Below are positions 28,678 to 39,500 of a stretch of DNA of 64,000 bases, one piece after another. A program made the position numbers and the translations under genes. Numbering within the stretch: the first letter of the stretch is position 1; every line of letters starts with the position of its first letter. The notes under the pieces were generated by a model. The model did no database searches, was not told the origin of the DNA, and worked only from the letters and a program-made list of their open reading frames with translations. The stretch is from Candidatus Latescibacterota bacterium. GTDB taxonomy: Bacteria; Latescibacterota; UBA2968; GCA-2709665. The stretch lies in contig OZ250150.1 in the NCBI GenBank assembly GCA_965237675.1, positions 4,928,001 to 4,992,000 of the forward strand. The letters are read 5' to 3'.

Positions 28678-31044
28678 ATGAGCAATGATGGAGAGTCCCC
28701 AGCCTGTTCCGAAGCGCTTCACCTGCTAGATCGACGGCAGTACAAAGAGGCGATTGCCGCGTTGAATCCGCTGGTCGGGGAAGATTCCGGCGGTACGGTA
28801 CACGCCATGATCGCGGTCGCTCATTTTCAACTCGAAGAATACGACCGGGCCGCCGAACATTACCGGCTTGCGCTGGAGCGTGATCCGGGCAAGGCGGACT
28901 GGGAGGAAATGCTGGCCAGGTCGCGCGCCAACGCAGCTGCGGAGATCAGTGTACAGGTGCCGGACCTGCGGTTCTTCGATCGCCGGAAACTGGTCGAGCA
29001 GCCCGTTGTGCCGCCCGGGTCCTTGCCGGAGACGCCGCTGGCCGTGCCCCGTCCCGGGATATTCAAGTTGCTGCGCTTATTGCTTGGGAACCTCACCGGA
29101 GCGATCGCGTCAGCGGCCATGACGTTTGCGACCCGGCTATGGGGCAAGCTGGCCGGTTACCGCGACGAAGTATGGACGAATTGGTACCGGCGGCCGTACC
29201 TCCTCGGGATCCTGACGCTCGCCTATATGCGCGAGCAACTCAACAAGAACAACCTCAAGAGCACCTACCCACAGGGCATGCTGATCGGTTTTCAACAATC
29301 CGGGCAGTCTCCTCCCCCGGGAGTCCTGCACTTCCGTACCGCCGATGGAAGCTGGAACAACCTGGAAGATCCAAAAGAAGGCGCAGCGGGCACTCGTTTC
29401 CCCCGCAACGTCGCCAACTCCGCCATCCGTCCAGAGGCAGGGGAAACGCTCTTGACGCCGAATCCCCGGGAACTGAGCAGGATATTTCTCGCCCGGGAGG
29501 GCGAGATGAAGGAAGTGCCATTCCTGAATCTCCTTGCCGCGTCATGGATCAACTTCCAGAATCACGACTGGATCCATCACGGAGAATTGCTGATCAACGA
29601 CGTGCATGAAGTGCCCCTTGCCAAGGACGATCCGGCACGCGGCAAGTACCGGCAAACGAAGATGTTCATCGGCAAGACCCAACACGACCCTACCCGCAAG
29701 CCCGATATCGAACAAACGCCGATAACCTTCATCAACGAAGTCACACACTGGTGGGATGGCTCGCAGATATACGGAAGCGATCAGGAGACGGTGGACAGCC
29801 TTCGCACCGGCGTCGGCGGTATGCTGAGGGTGGAGGACAGCGGGCTTCTGCCCGTCGATGAGAAAGGGATTGAAAAGACCGGCTTTACTCGCAATTGGTG
29901 GGTCGGGTTGACCATGTTGCACACCCTTTTCACGAAAGAACATAATGCCATCTGTGAGCACCTCGGACAGACCTACTCCGATTGGGACGACATCCGGCTG
30001 TTCAACGTAGCGCGCCTCGTCAACGCCGCGGTCATGGCCAAGATCCATTCCGTGGAGTGGACACCGGCGATTCTTCCGAATCGCGTTCTCGACGCAGGGT
30101 TACATGCCAATTGGTACGGCCTGCTCACCAATTTGCTCCGAACCCCCGAGAACCAAAAGACTGTTTCTGACATCAATGTCAGAAACCCGGAGCTGGGAGG
30201 CGTGGTCGGCAACCCGATCGATAAGCACGGACAACCCTACGGCCTTACCGAGGAGTTCGCGGAGGTCTACCGGCTGCATTCCCTGTTACCCGAGACAATC
30301 CGGATCAGGAAGCTCGGCGGCGGCGAAGTCGAAGAGGTGCCGTTCGTGGAGACCCGTCAAGCCGGCTCCGCGAAGCTGAGCGGGAGGGTGTCCATGGCCG
30401 ATCTGTTCTATTCGTTCGGCAACCAGCACCCCGGTCAACTGGTGTTGAACAACTATCCCTCGTTCATGCGCGAGCTGAGCATCCCCGGCAATCCGCTGTT
30501 CGATATGGGCGCCGTCGATCTATTGCGGGCGCGCGAGCGGGGCGTGCCCAGGTACAACGAATTCAGACGCCAGTTGGGCCTCAATCCGATAGATACGTTC
30601 GATGACCTGACCGACGACAAGGAACAGGTCCGGAAACTCGAGCAAGTGTACGACGATGTGGAGCAACTCGACCTGATGATCGGCACGCTCGCTGAAGGCC
30701 ATCGCCCCGACGGGTTCGGATTCGGTGAGACGATGTTTCAGATTTTCATCCTGAACGCGACGCGCAGGCTGCAGGCGGACCGCTTCTACACCGACTGCTA
30801 CAACGAGCAGACCTACACCGAGGAGGGGCTGGCGTGGATCGACAACTCCGACTTCAAGACGGTAATCCTCCGCCATTATCCCGATCTCGCGCAGATCGGC
30901 TTGGGGAATATCAAGAATGCTTTTGAGCCTTGGGATACCGGCGAGCGGCTCGACCCGCAACGTCATCCGTTGTGTGCGTTCGACAAGACTCTGAAGCCGG
31001 ACCCGTGGCTGGGCGACGCCCGACGGCTACCGACTTCGGAGTAG
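28678..31044 (+). CDS. TPR + heme peroxidase-cyclooxygenase superfamily enzyme (fatty-acid alpha-dioxygenase-like)
   Basis: GAGGAG RBS before ATG 28678; N-terminal TPR; FRTADGSWNNL, WINFQNHDW, THWWDGSQIYG, EEFAEVYRLHSLLP, RERGVPRYNEFRR. Confidence 0.88.
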   Translation: MSNDGESPACSEALHLLDRRQYKEAIAALNPLVGEDSGGTVHAMIAVAHFQLEEYDRAAEHYRLALERDPGKADWEEMLARSRANAAAEISVQVPDLRFFDRRKLVEQPVVPPGSLPETPLAVPRPGIFKLLRLLLGNLTGAIASAAMTFATRLWGKLAGYRDEVWTNWYRRPYLLGILTLAYMREQLNKNNLKSTYPQGMLIGFQQSGQSPPPGVLHFRTADGSWNNLEDPKEGAAGTRFPRNVANSAIRPEAGETLLTPNPRELSRIFLAREGEMKEVPFLNLLAASWINFQNHDWIHHGELLINDVHEVPLAKDDPARGKYRQTKMFIGKTQHDPTRKPDIEQTPITFINEVTHWWDGSQIYGSDQETVDSLRTGVGGMLRVEDSGLLPVDEKGIEKTGFTRNWWVGLTMLHTLFTKEHNAICEHLGQTYSDWDDIRLFNVARLVNAAVMAKIHSVEWTPAILPNRVLDAGLHANWYGLLTNLLRTPENQKTVSDINVRNPELGGVVGNPIDKHGQPYGLTEEFAEVYRLHSLLPETIRIRKLGGGEVEEVPFVETRQAGSAKLSGRVSMADLFYSFGNQHPGQLVLNNYPSFMRELSIPGNPLFDMGAVDLLRARERGVPRYNEFRRQLGLNPIDTFDDLTDDKEQVRKLEQVYDDVEQLDLMIGTLAEGHRPDGFGFGETMFQIFILNATRRLQADRFYTDCYNEQTYTEEGLAWIDNSDFKTVILRHYPDLAQIGLGNIKNAFEPWDTGERLDPQRHPLCAFDKTLKPDPWLGDARRLPTSE

Positions 31045-31082
31045 CCGGGCGGACCGGTCCCGAGACGGCCATCGTCGAACCC

Positions 31083-31173
31083 AGGGACTGGGTCCGTTCG
31101 CTATCGTTTCACCGCTTGGAAGCCTGTTGGCCAGCGGCAGTTACCGACGGCACGATTCGGCTCTGGGATCTGA
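31083..31173 (+). pseudogene. Isolated degenerate WD40 fragment
   Basis: Reads DWVRSLSF...LLASGS...DGTIRLWDL across frames. Confidence 0.5.
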
Positions 31174-31242
31174 TTGTTCCACGAGAGATGCTTCTTCCAC
31201 GCGGCTTCGTCCGCGCTAATCCACTTCATAAGGAGTAGAACC

Positions 31243-32033
31243 ATGCAACGCATGCAGCAGTTCCTCGTCGCGGCCATCGCGGTCTTGATGCCTATGGCAT
31301 CCCCCCCCTTTACGGCCAGAGTGCCGAGACCTCAGCCCCTGAGAGCCCTCGGATCACGTTCGGGGTTCAAGGGGCCCTGAGTGGGGGGACATTGGTTGGC
31401 GTGGAGGAAAACGAGTTCGGGGACTTGAGCTGGCGCCTCAGCCTGGAAAACGCCCGCGTTTCCGGGACGTTCCCCCTGACCCCCCAATTAGGCCTGCGGC
31501 CCAGCGTAGCCTATGTAGGCAAGGGCGCCGCTCAACATTTCGAGGGTGGTGCGTCATACGAGGTAAAACTCGATTACATCGAGTGGTCGGTCCTGGGCGT
31601 GGCGAGCACAACTACTCTGGGAAGAGGCAAGAGCTCCGTGTATGCGCTCGCGGGGCCGGCGCTGGGATTCAAAACCGGATGCACGGCTGAGGTCACCGAG
31701 TGGGAAAAGGACAGCACAAGCGCCATTCTTGAAACGATGGTAGGAGGACCTGTGGACTGCGGCGATGATTTCAAGAATACCGACCTGGGCATTACTGCGG
31801 GAGTCGGGTTTGAGTGGCAACCGATCGGCGATCCGAAGGATGACACGACTGTAACCTGGCAGGATATAGGGGCTCTATCGGAGCTGAAGGCCTCGCTGGA
31901 GATACTGTACACGCTGGGGCTTCAGTCGATTGCCAGTGACGATTCGGGGGATGACAGTTCCGTTGTAGAAGGAGACCCCAAGAACCGGGCGTTCTCCATC
32001 TGGTTGGGCGTCAGTTTGCCCATCGGGGGTTAG
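31243..32033 (+). pseudogene. Outer-membrane beta-barrel (PorT/porin-like), frameshifted at a C8 tract
   Basis: AAGGAG RBS, ATG 31243 and signal peptide; C8 at 31301-31308; C9 or C6 would join to LYGQSAET...FGVQGALS and the 31392 ORF (YVGKGA, KLDYIE, YALAGPALG, DLGITAGVG, KNRAFSIWLGVSLP). Confidence 0.8.
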
Positions 32034-32169
32034 GGACTGGGGGCGAAGTCTGCCTCGTGCGGCGGCTCTACCGCAAGGAATTGAAAGGGCGTCCCTCCAC
32101 CCTAACCCCGGCGAGGAGGGTCGCCCTTCTCAGGCGGTGGATCCGCATTTAACCAAAGGAGTATATCAG

Positions 32170-32723
32170 ATGAAGAAGCGTTCGTTGTTCAGCCTCGTCG
32201 TGTGGTTGGCCGTCATCCTGTTCGTGCAGGCCAGTGGCGCCGAGGACTATACCCGCTGGAATCTGCCCGACGGGCCATCGCGCGCCTGGGCAAAGGAAGC
32301 ATTGCCAGCGGAGACGGAGCGGTGGCCTGGTCCGCGGACGGCACGCGGGTAGCGGTGGCCAGCAGCATTGGTATCTGGCTCTACGATTCAGACACAGGTG
32401 ACGAAGTCGCGCTGCTTACAGGACATACTCGGCCAGTCAATTCGGTGGTGTTTTCGCCGGATGGAAAAACGCTGGCAAGCGGTAGTTGGGACGGCACGAT
32501 TCTGCTGTGGGATATGTCGCCTTATGTCACACCTCAATCCCCTGCTACCGACTTCGATGGGGACGGCACCGTCGGATTTTCTGACTTTCTGCAATTCGCG
32601 GCGAACTTCGGGCTGAGCCATGGAGACGCGGGGTATGACGCGCGGTTCGATCTGGACGGCGACGGATCCGTCGGGCTCAGCGATTTCCTGATTTTCGCCG
32701 ACAGCTTCGGCCAAGGCACATGA
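32170..32723 (+). pseudogene. Short WD40-dockerin gene with frameshift
   Basis: MKKRSLFSL signal, NLPDG, then a 1-nt deletion near 32272 before AIARLGKG; only ~2 WD units; full tag. Confidence 0.85.
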
Positions 32724-32839
32724 GGCGCCAGAGACGACCGTACCTTTGGAATGGGTATTGACATTAGGCGCGGCCGGACAGCCAATTCATCCTCACACCC
32801 TTTCGTGGATGCTTACCAGAATTTCGGGAGAATTGTGGC

Positions 32840-35800
32840 ATGAAACCCTTCATCGTTTGCTTATCCTTCGTGACATCGCTCTGTCTCCTGCTGTCGCCGC
32901 GAGCCGTCTACGCTTCGTCCTCGGCATCCGACAGCGTGCATTACTGCGGTCTGTTCGACTACGAGCAGTGGAGGCAGGATCATCCCCGTCCTGCGGCCAA
33001 GCAAGCGTCGGATCTCGACGTGGGTGAACCGCGCACGGTGCGGATGATCTACTTCCTGCCGAATGATCGCGCATATCGCGCCGACGTTGTTCAGAAGATG
33101 AAAACATCAATTCGCAATATTCAGGCCTTCTATGCCGAGCAAATGCAAACGCATGGCTATGGCGACAAGACTTTCCGTATTGAAACCGATGCCCAGAACG
33201 AGCCAATTGTTCATCGCGTGGATGGTCAACACCCGGATAGTCTCTATATTGACACCACACATTTTAGTGTGTTCGGCGAAATTCGCCAAAAGTTCGATCT
33301 TGGCGCCAACAATGTTTACCTGGTTGTCATTGACAACCATATCAGCAGAATTGGTTTGGGTGGTGGAAGGCGGGTTCACGGTGTGGGATCCGGGGGGAGC
33401 AAAAGGGGTATCGCACTGGTGTCTGAAGAATTCAGATGGCACAGGGAAGGTGCACATGAACTTGGTCATACCTTTGGGTTGCAACACGATTTCAACAATA
33501 ATGGGTACATTATGTCATATGGCGAACGGCCCGATCGGTTATCTGCGTGCCATGCCGAATTTCTGGCAGTTCATCCCTACTTTAATACAGATATGGGCGA
33601 CAAAGATACACCTCCGCCAACTGTCGAATTTACATCCCCACAAGAATATCCGGCAGGCGCAGACAGCGTCTCAATCCGCCTGAAGGTTAGCGATGCCGAG
33701 GGGCTTCACCAGTTAATCCTTTTTGCTAATCCAACCGCTGGCGTCAATTTCGCCATCGGCGGTCTTGAAGTAAAGACGTGTCGTGGATTGGATGAAAAAA
33801 AGGATGCCTTCGTTGAAATCAACTATGACGGCGACATTCCTTCTGGTAGGAAATCGACTCTTTGGAGTCCCTATACCCATTCAATGCAAGTTAGAGCAGT
33901 TGATATTTTCGGAAATGTGGGCTTTAGAGGTTTCGACCTTACATGCAAAAACTGTCCCTTGAAGCTGGAGAAAATCTCAGGTGACAACCAGACTGGTGGA
34001 TCCCGAACCGCGTTGGCAACGCCTTTGGTTGTTGAAGTGCGAGACAGTAATGGTGCTGTGCTTGAAGGCGCCCCGGTCACGTTTACCGTCACCGCAGGCG
34101 ATGGAACGCTTGGCGGACGGTTCACTGTTGAAAATAAAACGACCAATGCCGAGGGTAGAGCACCCTCACACTTGGCCCAAGTCCGGGAACTAACGCCGTT
34201 CAAGTAACGCTTCCAGGTGTAGAGTCTGTGATTTTCAGCGCCGTGGGCATTGGAACGCCGCCACCCAGCACTGCCAGTGATTATCAGATATGGAGTTTAC
34301 CCAAAGGCGCAATCGCCCGGCTGGGAAAAGGAACGTCTCTTTACCGTGCTTCCAGAGCTGTTGCCTTTTCGCCCGATGGCCAGCGCCTCGCTGTGTTAAG
34401 TTCTATTGGCATCTGGCTTTACGATGTGGCTACCTCCCTTGAACTCGCGTTACTGACTCCAGAGCGGAGCATTAATTTTTCTTCTATGGCCTTTTCGCCT
34501 GACGGCACTCTAATCGCTTTGGGTTCAAGGGAAAATATCTACTCCCGGGATGGCTTTATTTGGCTATATGATGTTTCGACCGGACGAAATGTTGCCACAC
34601 TTGACGGATACGGTCAAGTCAATGCCATAGCGTTTTCATCCGATAGCAAGACTCTCATTGCGGGATTAGCAGATGGCAGGGTGAAGGTCTGGGACGTTGC
34701 AACACGGACAAATATCGTAACCTTTGAGCATCGAAGTAGTTATATCTCGTCTGTGACATTTTCGCCGGATGGGTCAACGCTCGCCGTGAGCTTAGGGAAT
34801 TTTTATGAAGACGGCATAGTGGAGCTATGGAATGTGGCAACGAGAACAAATATCGCCACACTCGAAGGACATAGTAAAGGGATCAATGATGTGGCATTTT
34901 CGCCCGATGGGATGACACTCGCTTCGGGTGGACAGGACAATAATGTCAAGCTATGGGACGTTGCCACTGGACAAAATACCGCTACACTTGAAGGACATAG
35001 GAGCCGCATCTACTCTGTGGCATTTTCGCCCGATGGGATGACACTTGCTTCAGGAGCGTGGCCGGAGGTTAAGTTGTGGGACGTTTCTACAAAACGAAAT
35101 ACCGCCACACTGCCCGAAATTGATGATGTCTATTCCGTGGCGTTTTCGCCCGATGGCACGACCCTCGCTGTGGCAATCGACGGCGGCAAGGTCAACCTGT
35201 GGGATATTGCCTCACAGAACAGCACCGCACTTTACAGCGACACTGACGTGATAGAAAGACCGACAGCCGTGTTTTCACACGATGGCGGAACCCTCGTCTC
35301 GGGTGGGAGCACCATCAAACTCTGGGATGTAGCGACGCGAAATAACGTCGGCACGCTTGAGGCGCATGCAAGGCGTGGTTTTGCTTGGTCATTGGCATAT
35401 TCGTCGGATGGGTCAACCCTTGCCGCGGGGTTTTCCGACGCTCCGATCGGCCTGTGGAGTCTTGATACGAAACAATATACGACCACCCTCAAGGGACATT
35501 TGCGAAGTGACGTCTGGTCATTGGCATTTTCACCCGATGGCACAACTCTCGCGTCAGGGGCCAGAGATGAGACGATCAGGTTGTGGGACGTTGCCAAAGG
35601 TCGAAATATTGCTACGCTCGACGGACATGTAACGAATGGTTCAGCGCAATATTTCTCCGTGGTATTTTCGCCGGGTGGGTCAATGCTCGCTTCGGGTGGA
35701 AAGGACAATAATGTCAGGCTATGGAATGTTGCCACAGAACGAAATTTCGCAAACCTTGAGCATGGGCAACAGGTCACCTCCGTGGCATTTTCGCCCGATG

Positions 35801-36330
35801 GGTCACTGCTCGCTTCGGGATCGAGGACATCGTCGTCCCGCAATGAAGACGGCACATTGAAGCTGTGGGATGTGGCAACGAGGACAAATCTCGCCACGCT
35901 TGATCATACGATTTGGGTCTTTTCCGTGTCGTTCTCCCCCGATGGATCCATGCTCGCTTCGGGTGGAAGGGATAAGAAAATCAAGCTATGGGACATTGCG
36001 ACAGAACGAAATATCGTCACGCTTGAGGGACATAAGAGCTCGGTCATATCAGTGACGTTTACGCCGGATGGACTGACCCTGGCCAGTGGTAGTGGCGACG
36101 GTACGATTCTGCTATGGGACATGGCCCCGTACGTCACACCTCAACCCCTTGCCGGCGACTTCGACGGCGACGGGACTGTTGGATTTTCCGACTTTCTGCA
36201 GTTCGCGGCAAAGTTCGGGCTCAGCCAGGACGATGCGGGATATGACTCGCGGTTCGATCTCGACGGCGACGACGCCGTCGGATTCAGCGATTTTTTGATC
36301 TTTGCCGGCAGCTTCGGCCAGGGTGCATGA
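32840..36330 (+). pseudogene. Secreted zinc protease + Ig-like + WD40 + dockerin protein, split by a frameshift near 34160
   Basis: HELGHTFGLQH/IMSY; ISGDNQ.G Ig-like domain; the alternate frame STLTLGPSPGTNAVQVTLPGVESVIFS links to the 34228 ORF (~14 WD units + tag). Confidence 0.85.
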
Positions 36331-36541
36331 GGGGGCGGGGTCGTACGGCGTAGTACATCTGTGCCCTGAATAACCCCATACGTCCTCCGCAGAGCTGATT
36401 TATTCCGGCGCTCGCTTTGAAGGGAGTATCCAAATGACACACCTGAAACGTGCATTGTTCTCGTACGCGCAACCAATGGCCTGCGCCATCTCACCTCAAC
36501 CTCGTGCAGCATTTGAGACAGACGTTCAGGAGAACCGTGAC

Positions 36542-39500
36542 ATGAAAACCCTTTTCGTTCGTTTATCCCTTTTGACGTCGCTCTGTCTCCTATTCTTACC
36601 ACTTGAGGTCGTCCATGCGTGGTCGCCGCCGGCCGACAGCGTGCATTACTGCGCACCAGTGGATCACGAGCAGTGGGAGCGGGGCCGCCCCCGGACTGCT
36701 GCAAAGCGGACGGCAGCGTTGAACGCGGGCGAACCGCGGACCGTGCGAATGATCTACTTCTTGCCCAGCGACCGCCCTTTTCGCCAGGAAGTGGTGGATT
36801 CGATGAAGACCGTGATCAAGCAGGTCCGGACCTTCTACGCCGAACAGATGGCGGCGCACGGCTACGGCGACCGGACTCTCCGCATTGAAACCGATGCGCG
36901 GGGCCAGCCGCTGGTGCATCGGGTGGATGGGCAACACCCCGATTTACACTATTACAAAGATACTCGAGGCCTTGTGGGTGAAGAGCTTGGACCGACGTTC
37001 GACTTCGCAACGAATGTTTTCCTCATCGTCGTGGACAACAAAGGGGGGTTAATTGGCCAGAATCCTGACGAAGCTCCGTATGCGAGGGGGATTGGACTTC
37101 GTGTCGAGAAAGCTGGCGGCTTTGTGTACGTTACCGGCAATTTCGATGTCGCACTCGTAGGTCACGAAATCGGACACGCCTTTGGTCTCCAACACGACTG
37201 GAGCGATCCAGACTACATCATGTCGTACGGCCCTGGACAATCCCGGTTATCGGCGTGCCATGCGGAATTTCTCGCTGTGCATCCCTATTTCAATCCCGAT
37301 ATTCCGGTTGAACAGGCGTCGCCTCCCACCATCACAGTTACATCGCCGCGGACGTATGCTCCAGGATCTTCAAGTGTCGCTATCCGCGTCGAAGTGGACG
37401 ACGCCGACGGGGTTCATCAAGTGCTCCTGTTTTACAGCTTCTGGGAATTCCACGCCTGCCGTGGATTGGAGGGTGAAGAGAACGCCGTCGTTGATTTCGA
37501 ATTCCGCGGCAGTACCTATAATCGTGAAAGCAATACTCTTACTGATGAACCCGATCAACCATTGTCGATCATTGCCGTCGATACAAAGGGAAACACGAAG
37601 CTCCATCGATTCACCCTTGCCAGGACGTCTCCTGAACAGATCGGCACGCTTGTTGGGCATACGAATACGACCAACTCAGTGTCGTATTCGCCCGACGGAG
37701 TTACTCTGGCCTCCGCTGCATCAGATGCGACCATCAAGCTGTGGGACGTGGCCACCCAGACCTTGGTCACCACACTCGAAGGGCATACGGAATCGGTTAC
37801 ATCGGTGTCGTTTTCGCCGGATGGTGGCAAGCTTGCGACCGGGTCTTTCGACGGTACCGTGCGGCTGTGGGATGTGGCGACGCGTACCGAGATCGCCAGA
37901 CTCGAAGGGCATACCCGTGGGGTCAACTCGGTTGTGTTTTCGCCGGACGGCCATACCCTCGCTTCCGCTTCCGCCGCGTCAGACGCAACGATAAAGCTGT
38001 GGGACGTGGCCACCCGTGCCCAGGTCACCACACTCGAAGGGCACACGGATTGGGTTACATCGGTGTCGTTTTCACCGGATGGCGGCACGCTGGCATCCAC
38101 GTCCTCGGACGGCACAGTACGGCTTTGGGACGTGACAACGCGAACCGAGGTCGCCAAACTGGAAGGGGACAGCCGAGGGATGTCCTCGGTAACTTTTTCA
38201 CCGGACGGCGCTTCCCTGGCCGCCGGGACCTGGGCCAGCACGATCATGCTCTGGGACGTGGCGACGCGCATTCTGACTGCCAACCTCGAATTCGAATGCG
38301 GGGGATGGCGATCGGTGGCGTTTTCCCCCGGTGGCGCGATACTGGCAGGCGGTGCGGGAAACTCAGTGGTTTATCTTTGGGACGTGAGAAGCCGTGAACG
38401 GGTCGCAACGCTAACCGGGCATACGGCCAGCGTGAATTCGGTAGCCTTTTCCCCCAATGGCGCCACCCTGGCTGCCGGATCTCAGGACTATACAGTCAAT
38501 CTGTGGGATACGTCCCGGTGGACGCGACTCCGTCCCTTTGCGCTGGAAATCATCTCCGGCGACGGTCAGCAGGGCGCGCCCGGGTCGGTGCTTGTCCAGC
38601 CGCTGGTTGTCATCGTCGAAGATCAGCACGGCAATCCCCTTCCCGGTGCATCCGTTACCTTCACGGTCACCGGTGGCGATGGCAGGCTCAATGGCCTTTA
38701 CACGTCTCAGCGTGCGGTCAGCGATGCCAGCGGCCGCGCCTCCGTTCCACTAACGCTGGGTCCTCGTCCGGGAACGTATACCGTGGACGTCTCCATTGGT
38801 AGGGAAGTATTGGCGACTTTTCTGGCCGAGGCTGTCGAAACCGGTATCACCGTCCTGGAGGGAGACTACGTGACGTGGGATTTGCCTGACGGGGCGGCGG
38901 CGCGCCTGGGTAGAGGAGGCGTCGGGAGCGGTGACCGGGCGGTGGCACTATCTTCGGATGGGCGAACGCTGGCCGTCGCCAGCGCCATCGGCGTGTGGCT
39001 GTACGAGGTCGCCACGGCACGCGCGATGTCGCTCCTGTCATGTCCCGATGGCGTGAGTTCGGTCGCATTTTCAGGTGGTGGCGTCCTTGCTTCCGGGTTG
39101 AACAATGGCCAGGTCGAGCTATGGGTGGTGCAAACCGGGGCACGGATCAGCACCCTGACCCACGCGGATTGGCGCCGGGTCACGTCAGTGGTCTTTTCAC
39201 CTGACGGAACGGCTCTGGCATCGGGATCAGGGGATCAGGTCGTCAAGGTGTGGGAGGTGGCGACAAGGCGTCTGGTTGCCATGTGGGAGGTGCCTCCGGA
39301 CGGGGACGGATACATCCCGAGAGGAACGCTGGCTTTCTCGCCGGATGGGTCGAAGTTGGTTTCGGGATTTCAGGATGGTACGGTGCGGCTGTGGGATATG
39401 GACACCCGAGCCGAGATCGCCACGCTCGAGGGGCACACGAGTCGGGTCACATCGGTGGCGTATTCGACCCAAGGGGACCACCTTGCATCAGCAAGCTTCT

